A stretch of 64,000 bases of DNA from Desulfobacterales bacterium (GTDB taxonomy: Bacteria; Desulfobacterota; Desulfobacteria; Desulfobacterales; SpSt-501): the NCBI GenBank assembly GCA_035467535.1, contig DATITS010000059.1, forward strand, positions 514 to 64,513, written 5' to 3'. The first letter of the stretch is position 1. Each line of letters begins with the position of its first letter. Positions 25,458 through 33,156 of this stretch are shown here, in pieces. The notes below the pieces were generated by a model that was not told where the DNA came from, made no database searches, and saw only the letters and a program-made list of their open reading frames with translations. A program made the position numbers and the translations under genes.

Positions 25458-26000
25458 TTGACGTGGACAACATGGATTGAAATCGAACCAGACGACACAA
25501 CCAATGCCACGGTGCAGCAGCTCTACAAGAGCACGCAAGACCGCGCGACGTGCCGCCCTCCCGACACCGTGCGCCTGACCAGTCTGACCCCCAGGGTGGC
25601 CGGCCTTATTCACGACCTCAATCGCGCTATTCACCGCGATGCAAAAGGGCTAACGGCCCGTGAACAAGAGATAGCAGCGCTCATCGTATCTTCTTATAAC
25701 GGGTGAGGACACTGAACAGCCAGCCATCTGGCGGCCCTCGGTCGAGCGGCCCGGAATCAGCAATTGGCAGAACAGGTAAAAAACGACTTTACCAAGGCGG
25801 ACTTGAATCCACGGGAACGGAGAATCGCCGACTTCGCGGTCAAAGTAACCCGTTCTCCCAATGCTTGCAGCCCTGCGGATGTTCAGGCACTGAGAGAGGT
25901 GGGATTAGGCGATAAAGACATTTTGAGCCTTGTGCAGATCATAGCCTACTACAATATGAGCAATCGGCTTTTTGAGTCCCTCAGTACCGTAGATCCTTGA
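25458..26000 (+). CDS. CMD/AhpD-fold peroxidase-related protein, predicted double selenoprotein (U-x-x-U; TGA at 25704-25706 and 25713-25715)
   Basis: ORFs 25410..25706 and 25764..26000 share a frame with only two TGAs between them. Read-through gives LIVSSYNG-U-GH-U-TASHLAAL...RERRIADFAVKVT...IIAYYNMSNRLFESL, so both TGAs sit on the C-x-x-C positions. The start is probably the TTG at 25458, after AAGGAGAAAACACCC; the ATG at 25410 is the alternative. Confidence 0.6.
25719..25751 (+). promoter_or_regulatory. Candidate SECIS region (two adjacent GC-rich stem-loops)
   Basis: One stem-loop is GCCAG-CCAT-CTGGC (25719-25732). The other is GGCC-CTCG-GT-CGAG-C-GGCC (25733-25751). Confidence 0.35.
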
Positions 26001-26100
26001 AAGCAAAATTGCCGCCATCAGGCAGCACGATATCGGGTTTGCGGTAGAGGACTGGTCATCCTTTATGTTTCTGCAGGTTTCCAGAACCTCCAAGCAGTCC

Positions 26101-26166
26101 CTGCATAGGAATCTGCATAGTTTCACAACAATATATAATTGAAATTTTATATTTCATAAATGAAAT
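26101..26166. promoter_or_regulatory. Candidate upstream activator sites in an AT-rich region
   Basis: A direct repeat of CTGCATAG lies at 26101-26108 and 26113-26120. A palindrome ATTTCAT-AA-ATGAAAT lies at 26151-26166. Both are 75-140 nt upstream of the sigma-54 promoter. Confidence 0.4.
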
Positions 26167-26239
26167 TTAGAACTCATGTTCAAATTTAATCTAAAATAAA
26201 AAATGTATAAAAACATGGTTTTAAATGGTTATGCCGTAC

Positions 26240-26255
26240 TGGCACCCATATTGCT
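26240..26255 (+). promoter_or_regulatory. Sigma-54 (-24/-12) promoter
   Basis: TGGCAC-CCATA-TTGCT is an exact match to TGGCAC-N5-TTGC. It lies about 70 nt upstream of the ATG at 26327, and a sigma-54 activator is encoded nearby (28815..30761). Confidence 0.8.
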
Positions 26256-26326
26256 TAGATTCCTATTCTCAGCGGCTTTTGCCTAGCCGTACGATTTGGT
26301 CAGCCAATCGACAATAGAAAGGATGG

Positions 26327-27514
26327 ATGAAAATGGATTTCAAACTCAACAGTGAACAGACACGGATGATTGCGGCGTTAGACGAACTCGGTCGCAAAGA
26401 ATTTGCGCCGAAAGCGGCGCGATGGGACGAAAATCATGAATACCCCTGGGAAAACCTCCACATGCTCCGAGAACTCGGTTTTCTCGGGATGACGATTCCC
26501 GAGGCATATGGCGGCCAGGGGCGCCCCCTCATCGATGCCATATTGGCCATTGAAACGGCAGCCAAGTATTGCGGCGTGACCGCCCGCATACTGGTTGAAA
26601 CCAACATGGGGGCACTTGGATGCGTAATGGCATATGGTACGGAAGCTCAACGGAAGCTGGTGGCGCATCGCATCATCCACGAAGGGGATAAACCGGCTAT
26701 CGGCATGACCGAACCGGAAGCCGGAACCGCCTTGACAGACCTTCAGGCCACTGCTGAAAAGAAGGGTGAAAACTATGTGGTCAACGGGACGAAGCATTGG
26801 ATTACCGGAGGGGGCATTTCTGTAACCAATCTGATTTTTGTACGATTTGTCGAGGACGGCAAAGACCTCGGAATCGGCGGGATTCTTGTGGACAAAGGAA
26901 CACCCGGGTTCAGCTTCGGAACCGTTGAAAAGGCGATGGGGCTGAGAGGCATACCGGAGGCAGAGCTCATCTTTAAAAATTGCACGGTCTCTCCGGAAAA
27001 CGTGGTCGTTAAGGGCGAGGGAAACGAGGGCTTCAAGAAACTCATGTACGGATACAACGGTCAGAGGGTGGGGGCCAGCGCCGTTGCAATGGGAATCGCC
27101 CAGGGTGCGCATGAGCTCGCCATCGATTGGATGAAACGCCGGAAGGCATTCGGCAAAACGCTATCCGAATTCCAGGGCCTCCAGTGGATGATGGCGGATG
27201 CTGAAATCAAGCTGAACGCTGCCCGCCTGCTCATCTACCGCGCAGCATGCAATGCCCGGGACCTACCGAACAATGTCAAGCTGCCGCAAATGGATGAAGC
27301 CTCAATGGCCAAGGCCTACACCGGGCATGTGGCACTGGAAGTGGTCAGCGAAAGCCTCCAGATGTTCGGCGCCTATGGCTATTCGCAATCGCTGCCGCTG
27401 GAGCGCATGTTCCGCGACGTGCGCATGTTCCAGATCGGCGGCGGGACAACGCAGGCGCAGATCAATATGGTGGCACGGTCCATTTTCAGCAAAAAGTTCA
27501 ACTACCGGAATTAG
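26327..27514 (+). CDS. Acyl-CoA dehydrogenase-fold flavoprotein lacking both canonical catalytic glutamates (3-sulfinopropionyl-CoA-desulfinase-like?)
   Basis: The 395-aa protein shows the ACAD fold (GMTEPEAGTA, HWITGGG, FQGLQWMMAD). The Y-E-G-T site reads QIGGGTTQAQ and the helix-G alternative site reads YNGQRVGAS. Confidence 0.8.
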   Translation: MKMDFKLNSEQTRMIAALDELGRKEFAPKAARWDENHEYPWENLHMLRELGFLGMTIPEAYGGQGRPLIDAILAIETAAKYCGVTARILVETNMGALGCVMAYGTEAQRKLVAHRIIHEGDKPAIGMTEPEAGTALTDLQATAEKKGENYVVNGTKHWITGGGISVTNLIFVRFVEDGKDLGIGGILVDKGTPGFSFGTVEKAMGLRGIPEAELIFKNCTVSPENVVVKGEGNEGFKKLMYGYNGQRVGASAVAMGIAQGAHELAIDWMKRRKAFGKTLSEFQGLQWMMADAEIKLNAARLLIYRAACNARDLPNNVKLPQMDEASMAKAYTGHVALEVVSESLQMFGAYGYSQSLPLERMFRDVRMFQIGGGTTQAQINMVARSIFSKKFNYRN

Positions 27515-27537
27515 ATGGCCCGATGAAAGGGATCGCG

Positions 27538-28734
27538 ATGAATCAGAAGCTTCCGTTACAAGGCATGAAAGTACTTGATTTCACCCGTGTCCTTGCGGGG
27601 CCCTTTGCTACCATGATCCTCGGAGATATGGGGGCTGAGGTGATCAAGGTCGAGCCGCCTCAAGGGGATGAGAGCAGGACGTGGCCGCCAAAGCTAGCCC
27701 GCGGCGAAAGCGGATACTATATGGCTCTCAACCGCAACAAGCAGTCCATCACTCTCAACCTAAAACACCCGCGCGCGCGCGAAATCGCGGTCCAACTAGC
27801 TGAAAAGGCCGATGTGGTAATTGAAAACTTTACTCCGGGGGTCGCCAAAAAGCTGGGAATCGATTATGACACCATCGCGGCAAAAAACCCGGCCGTCATT
27901 TATTGCGCGGTCTCCGGATTTGGCCAAACCGGCCCCTATCGGGACAAGAAGGCTTACGACCCCATTATTCAAGGGATGACCGGCCTCATGTCCATCACCG
28001 GGGAGCGTACCCGCTCGCCGGTTAAGGTGGGGATACCGATCACAGACCTGGTCGCTGCCATTCAATCGGTGAACGCGATCATGGCGGCCTACGTTCACAG
28101 GATGCAGACCGGTGAAGGGCAGTTTATCGACGTCGCTCTGTTCGACAGCACGCTGAGCCTTCTCACCATCATGGCCATGGATTATTTTGCGACCGGAAAG
28201 CCGCCCGAGCGCTGGGGAATGGACCACATTCATCGCGTCCCGGCCAGGGCCTTCCAGACGCGCGACGGTCGTTATGTGCAGGTCGCCGCCACCAGCGACA
28301 CCATGTACCCGGACTTCTGCCGCGTGCTGGACCTGGAGCATCTCATTGCCGATCCGAGGTTCCGAACGAACGCCGACCGGGTCAGAAACCGCGACATCAT
28401 CATGCCGATTCTCGAGGCCAGAATGCTGGAAAAAGACAGCACGGAGTGGCTGAGCCTGTTCGAGGCCGCGGGTATTCCCTGCGGCCCGATCCTCAATATG
28501 GAGGAAGTGTTTCAAGACCCCCACGTGGCCGCCCGGCAAATGCTGTTTTCGATGGAACACCCGACGGAAGGCAGCATCCCGCAGATAGGGTTTCCCTATA
28601 AATTCTCCCGCACACCCCTTCAGGCCCGGATATGCCCGCCTCGACTGGGTGCGGACACGTCCGCGGTTCTCTCGGATTGGTTGGAAATGCAGGCGGCCGA
28701 CATCGAAGGGTTGCGCCGGGAGGGTGCGATATGA
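27538..28734 (+). CDS. Class III (CaiB/BaiF family) CoA-transferase
   Basis: MNQKLPLQGMKVLDFTRVLAGPFATMILGDMGAEVIKVEPP...GDESR...DLVAAIQ. The start could instead be 27523. Confidence 0.85.
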   Translation: MNQKLPLQGMKVLDFTRVLAGPFATMILGDMGAEVIKVEPPQGDESRTWPPKLARGESGYYMALNRNKQSITLNLKHPRAREIAVQLAEKADVVIENFTPGVAKKLGIDYDTIAAKNPAVIYCAVSGFGQTGPYRDKKAYDPIIQGMTGLMSITGERTRSPVKVGIPITDLVAAIQSVNAIMAAYVHRMQTGEGQFIDVALFDSTLSLLTIMAMDYFATGKPPERWGMDHIHRVPARAFQTRDGRYVQVAATSDTMYPDFCRVLDLEHLIADPRFRTNADRVRNRDIIMPILEARMLEKDSTEWLSLFEAAGIPCGPILNMEEVFQDPHVAARQMLFSMEHPTEGSIPQIGFPYKFSRTPLQARICPPRLGADTSAVLSDWLEMQAADIEGLRREGAI

Positions 28735-28814
28735 ACCGGAGCAGAAAAACTCGCTCGCGCTTTGCACCAAGCGGACCGAAAAAATCAAACGCCTGGCGTT
28801 GACGGTTTTCACCA

Positions 28815-30761
28815 TCAATTTTTCTGGGTATCGTGGGTTAGCTTTCGCCAGAGTGTGGGCAGGCTGATTCCGAGGGCCTCGGCGGCCAGCTTTCGATTGT
28901 AACGACACTCTTTCAGGGTTTGCGTGATGAGGTTTTTTTCAAACGCCTCCAGTCGTTGCTTTAGCGTCGGCTGGCCGTCAGGTGTTGAGACCTTTCGGTC
29001 GTCGGGATTTTCCGCTTCACTCGATTTCTTCCCCCTCTCACCCTCCCAGCGGATTTCGTCCATTATCTGATCGAAAAGAGACTCGTCGCAGGCGCCCCCC
29101 TCGTTCAGGAGCATGTAACTGTCCAGCACCGATAGCAACTCGCGAATGTTCCCGGGCCAATAATAGGATTGAAGTAATTCCCGCATCCTGGCGGAAAGGC
29201 AGTCGAGATTGCGCCCCTGATGGCAGAGTGCCGCCTCCGCGATCACCAGGATGTCTTCGGAGCGCTCCCGGAGAGGTGGGATCCGCAACCGCAGCAATGC
29301 AAGTCGAAAGTAAAGATCCGCTCTGAATTTGCCCGCCTGGATTTCCTGACGCAGATCCCGGTGGGAAGAGGCGATAACCCGAACGTCCACGGGCAGGATC
29401 CGGTCGCCGCCGACCCGCATCACCTCCCTGGTTTCGAGCACTCGCAGCAGCCGGACTTGCATGGCTGCTGAAATGTCGGCGATCTCATCCAAAAAAATGG
29501 TCCCCTGGTTTGCCAGTTCGAAGAGACCGATCTTTCCGCCTTTTTTCGCCCCGGTAAATGCACCCTCTTCGTAGCCGAACAGTTCGGTTTCCAGAAGATT
29601 TTCAGGAATCGCCGAGCAGTTGAAGGCCACGAAGGGTTTTTCTCGACGGCCGCTGAAATTGTGGATCGTTTGCGCAAACAGTTCTTTTCCCGTCCCCGTT
29701 TCCCCCTGGATAAGGACCGTCGCATTGGCCATAGCGTATTTCCCGGTCTTGTGGAGCAGTTCCTTTATTTTTGCGCTTTCCCCTTTGATATCCTGCTCCG
29801 TGTAGCGCGCAACGAAGCCTCTCAAGTAAAGACGTTCTCGCAGCTTGCGGTCGATATTGTGGATTGCGTGAGCTTCACGGAAAAGCGCCACGGCGCCCTT
29901 CGGTCGACCATCGATCGTGATCGGTAGAGAGCTCACCACAAGATCCTTGTCGCTTATCCTTCGGATCTCCTCGATTTGGGCCTTGCCCCCCGAAAGCACA
30001 TCGATCAGGCCGAACTCTCTGGAAACTCGCGACAAGGATTGCCCCATGATGCTTTTCAGGTCGGTCTTGAGGATCTTTTCGGCGGCCGGGTTGAAAAAAT
30101 TCACTCTGCCGAAGTTATCAATCCCCAACAAGCCGTCGCCGATGATGTGAAGCGTGGTCTTGAGCTGCTCGGCATATTCGACCTCCCGGCGGCGCGCAGC
30201 TGCGATTGCGCGCGCCTGGGTCAACGCCTCCTTGATCAGTCTGATATTGGGTTCAATGATGACCACTGCTCCCTGACCGCTTGGGACAAGGCCGCGGCTG
30301 ACGCCTCCACCCACAATCACACGAAAGTCTCCGGCAAGGGCGGCATGAATGCCTTCCTCAAGCTCGATGTTGGTTCGATATACGACTTGCCAAATCGTCA
30401 GGTGAAGCAGTTTTTCAAGAAGTTCCATCCCGTCTCGTGGAGCGGCAAAACTCGTAATGGCTACCCGGTTGGAAATCTCGCGCGCCTTCAGCAGCGCGTT
30501 CAACACTTCAAGCGTGGTTGTCGGAATGTTGACCACCTGCTGGCCCACATTCTGCGCAATCGTCGCGCCAGTCCCGCCGTGTCCTAAAATGACCTCGCAG
30601 CCCTCCTTCAACAGCCGTTGCGCCGTCGGCAACGCTTTATCCAAGTCCACCAGTTCCGTTGCCAGATGTTCGCTTTCCGGCTCGATGCATTTGCGGACCG
30701 CCTCAATGATTTCCATGGAATGAGTGACCAATGCGAATTGGTAGGGTCGGTGTTGGCTCAT
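28815..30761 (-). CDS. Sigma-54-dependent transcriptional activator, PrpR-type (PrpR_N + PAS + AAA+ + Fis HTH)
   Basis: A PrpR_N-like N-terminus (ILGHGGTGATIAQ..VVNIPTTTLEVLNAL) is followed by Walker A GETGTGKE, the GAFTGA motif (EEGAFTGAKKGG) and a C-terminal HTH (AAEALGISLPTLWRKL). Confidence 0.9.
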   Translation of the reverse strand: MSQHRPYQFALVTHSMEIIEAVRKCIEPESEHLATELVDLDKALPTAQRLLKEGCEVILGHGGTGATIAQNVGQQVVNIPTTTLEVLNALLKAREISNRVAITSFAAPRDGMELLEKLLHLTIWQVVYRTNIELEEGIHAALAGDFRVIVGGGVSRGLVPSGQGAVVIIEPNIRLIKEALTQARAIAAARRREVEYAEQLKTTLHIIGDGLLGIDNFGRVNFFNPAAEKILKTDLKSIMGQSLSRVSREFGLIDVLSGGKAQIEEIRRISDKDLVVSSLPITIDGRPKGAVALFREAHAIHNIDRKLRERLYLRGFVARYTEQDIKGESAKIKELLHKTGKYAMANATVLIQGETGTGKELFAQTIHNFSGRREKPFVAFNCSAIPENLLETELFGYEEGAFTGAKKGGKIGLFELANQGTIFLDEIADISAAMQVRLLRVLETREVMRVGGDRILPVDVRVIASSHRDLRQEIQAGKFRADLYFRLALLRLRIPPLRERSEDILVIAEAALCHQGRNLDCLSARMRELLQSYYWPGNIRELLSVLDSYMLLNEGGACDESLFDQIMDEIRWEGERGKKSSEAENPDDRKVSTPDGQPTLKQRLEAFEKNLITQTLKECRYNRKLAAEALGISLPTLWRKLTHDTQKN

Positions 30762-30875
30762 CAGTCCATCCGTTCAGAATTTTGCTTTATCAAGCTGGAT
30801 TCGTTTGAATTACATACAAACAGCTGTACCGATATCAAGCGTAACGCGGCACCGTTTCATCTCGCACTGAAAGGT

Positions 30876-32114
30876 TTATGCTCTTCCGCGCGTCCGGCGA
30901 TGACGCCGTTTGAGATGCATCAGCACCGAGGCAACCATGCACCCGAGTCCGAGGCTGCCGAAGGCAATACCCCAGGCGGCGGGGTTGGCCTTGCCGCCGG
31001 CCATGTCGAGCACCACACCAAAAAAGAGCGGCGCGACGAACCCCGCCCCAAAGCCTAAGAAAGAATACACCGCCATGGCCGCTCCGCGCTGATTGAGTGG
31101 TGTTGCGGCGACGAAGCCGGCGGTCAACGCCGCGGAATCGGCCATTACGGTTAAATAGTAGAGCATAACGATCAAGAGCATTAGCCAACAGGGCCACGTC
31201 GCGCTGAATCCCACAACCCATGCCAGGGTCCCGGAGACCGCCATCACCACTTTGATATAACTCGCCCGGCCAAAGCGCCCGGCAAACTCGTTGCCCAGGA
31301 TGCTGGCAGCCAATCCCAGCAGGCCGACGAGGGCCGCCGCCTCCGTGGCGCTGAACAAAGGCTCGGATGGCCGTTGAAGACCGTAGGCAAAGATGATGAA
31401 TGCCACCATCCACGAGCGCAGCCCGAAGAGTTCCCAGCAGTGCACAGCGTAACCGAGGATGTAGCCCAGTACGGAGCGTTCGCGCAAGACAGCATAAACC
31501 CCAGGAACCAATTTGGGTTTTGCCTCTCCGGCAAGGGGCGTAAGCGTCTCCAGACCAAAGCCGACCAGCAGAGCGGCGGTGAGCGGGCCAACCGCCAGCA
31601 GGCCAAACACCCAACGCCAGCCCATCGAGCCGACAAACCAACCTGAAAGCAATAGGGATAGGCTGCTGCCGATAGCGAAGGTCGCGGTGTAGAACGCGAT
31701 GTAGCGGCTCTGGCGCGGCCCGGCCACACGGTCGGTCAACGCCTTCAGCCCGGGCATGTAGGTGCCGGCCAGTCCCGCTCCGGCGAGGGCTTGGAGCAGG
31801 GCGGCGGTAACGACACCGTCGGCGAAAACCGCGAACCCGACCGCACTGATCCCGGACAGCATGCAGGAGAGCATGTAAACCCGGCGGGCATCGAAGCGAT
31901 CGGTCAGGCTGGAGAGGGTGGGCACGGCGACCATGTAGCCGCCGAAAAACGCCCCGCCGATGAACCCGGCCTCGGAGTTGCTGATGCCCCAGGTGTCCCG
32001 CAGCAGGGCCAGGAACGCCGGGTAGACCGCGAAGCCCGTCATGCTGAGCACTTCGGCCAGGCACATCAGGCCAACGACGCGGAGGGCACCGGAGTTATTA
32101 GAACTGGGGGTCAT
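30876..32114 (-). CDS. MFS transporter
   Basis: This is a 12-TM-type protein with SSLTDRFDARRVY in the loop 2-3 motif. The start MTPSSNN (32114) is preferred over 32174. Confidence 0.8.
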   Translation of the reverse strand: MTPSSNNSGALRVVGLMCLAEVLSMTGFAVYPAFLALLRDTWGISNSEAGFIGGAFFGGYMVAVPTLSSLTDRFDARRVYMLSCMLSGISAVGFAVFADGVVTAALLQALAGAGLAGTYMPGLKALTDRVAGPRQSRYIAFYTATFAIGSSLSLLLSGWFVGSMGWRWVFGLLAVGPLTAALLVGFGLETLTPLAGEAKPKLVPGVYAVLRERSVLGYILGYAVHCWELFGLRSWMVAFIIFAYGLQRPSEPLFSATEAAALVGLLGLAASILGNEFAGRFGRASYIKVVMAVSGTLAWVVGFSATWPCWLMLLIVMLYYLTVMADSAALTAGFVAATPLNQRGAAMAVYSFLGFGAGFVAPLFFGVVLDMAGGKANPAAWGIAFGSLGLGCMVASVLMHLKRRHRRTRGRA

Positions 32115-32190
32115 GGTGGCGCTGCCGGAATTGAATTCTTTACCGCAAAGGCGCAGAGCGCGCGGAGAAAGCACCTTTTATTGAACCGCC

Positions 32191-32275
32191 GTGAGAGGCC
32201 GGCGGTTGAAAAAAACCACTCCTCTCGCCGGCAGCCCGTGAAGCGGCTGAGGTTTTGCACTTGCCGGCCTCTCAC
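32191..32275. repeat. Repeat-family member bounded by 13-bp inverted repeats
   Basis: The inverted repeats are GTGAGAGGCCGGC (32191-32203) and GCCGGCCTCTCAC (32263-32275). The interior, GGTTGAAAAAAACCAC..GCCGGCAGCCCGTGAAGCGGC..GGTTTTGCA, resembles the left arm of the 143-bp element. Confidence 0.45.
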
Positions 32276-32333
32276 CGGCAAATGCAAAGATCTCTGCGTT
32301 CTTGGCGCCTTTGCGGTGTAAGATCCCTTGTTT

Positions 32334-32690
32334 TTATTTTTTGTCGCCTCGGCTGCCGCTCAAATAGTCGGCCAGAACCCCGCGGCTGTGTTCGTCGTCG
32401 TGGCAATAAGCGCAGAGGTTCTCCCAGTTGGAGCCATCGGCCGGGTTGTTGTGGTGGTTGCCGTCCCGGTGGTGCACCGTGAGCAGCTGCCGGTTCGTAT
32501 GGTCGAACTCCCGGCCGCACTTGGCGCAGATGAGGCCGTGGATCCGGAGCGAACGCTCGCGGTAGTCGCCGTCGGCGGACTTTTTTTGCCGGGCTTCCCG
32601 GATGATCTCATCGATGCTCGGACCTGATGAACCGCCAACGCGCTTCACCGGGTGGCGCAATTTAGGTTTGCCTCTAAGCCGCATCACCAT
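32334..32690 (-). CDS. YajD-like HNH nuclease family protein
   Basis: CAKCGREFDHTNRQLLTVHHRDGNHHNNPADGSNWENLCAYCHDDEH is present. The start MVMRLRG (32690) follows AAGGAGG. Confidence 0.75.
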   Translation of the reverse strand: MVMRLRGKPKLRHPVKRVGGSSGPSIDEIIREARQKKSADGDYRERSLRIHGLICAKCGREFDHTNRQLLTVHHRDGNHHNNPADGSNWENLCAYCHDDEHSRGVLADYLSGSRGDKK

Positions 32691-32712
32691 GTCACCCCTC
32701 CTTGACGACTTC

Positions 32713-32819
32713 GCAAAAAGTCCAACTTCGGCGTTGCGCGTCATCTCGATGTCACTGCGGCGTACGATAAGTACGCCTCATGACACGAGACTCGCGCGCC
32801 TTGAATTTGGAGTTTTTGC
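32713..32819. repeat. 107-bp long imperfect palindrome
   Basis: The ends are GCAAAAAGTCCAA (32713-32725) and TTGGAGTTTTTGC (32807-32819). The centre is GGCGTAC-GATAA-GTACGCC (32759-32777). The inner arms carry a GGCGTTGCGCG core like the other repeats. Confidence 0.5.
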
Positions 32820-33156
32820 AAAGCCGTCTGTAAATCGACTTTTTACGAGCCCATCCTCCTTAGCGATCCCGCGGGCGGCTGTTTGCCGCACCCCAAGAAT
32901 TTTTATTCGCTCTTATAATGACATGAAAGTGCACGTCTATCAATCGCTTCCGTGTAACAGAATTGCATTCCCTATCTTGTCGCTGCAACCGGGAAGAGCC
33001 GGACGATGTCTATCGTGAAAAAAGCTACCGCACCTTCCATGGACAAGCAGGCGGCGCGCATGCGCGCCGCACGGCAAGTGTCCACCCGGAGGGGTTGCGC
33101 CGCATCCTCTCTGAAACGGTTGAAGCCATTGCCGCTGCCGTGTTAGGATCGCGGCC

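Noticed and set aside
25410-26000. Reading the two TGA-interrupted CMD genes (this one and 17890..18420) as ordinary pseudogenes
   Set aside because: All three TGAs fall exactly on the catalytic Cys positions. The frames are otherwise intact and family-like on both sides, and stem-loops follow each site. Random decay would not target only these codons. This remains unproven without evidence of Sec machinery.
26000-26330. The AT-rich block as a horizontally acquired island boundary or an ncRNA gene
   Set aside because: It is fully explained as an enhancer-dependent promoter region: an exact -24/-12 element with upstream repeats and a palindrome suited to activator or IHF binding. There are no terminator or tRNA-like features.
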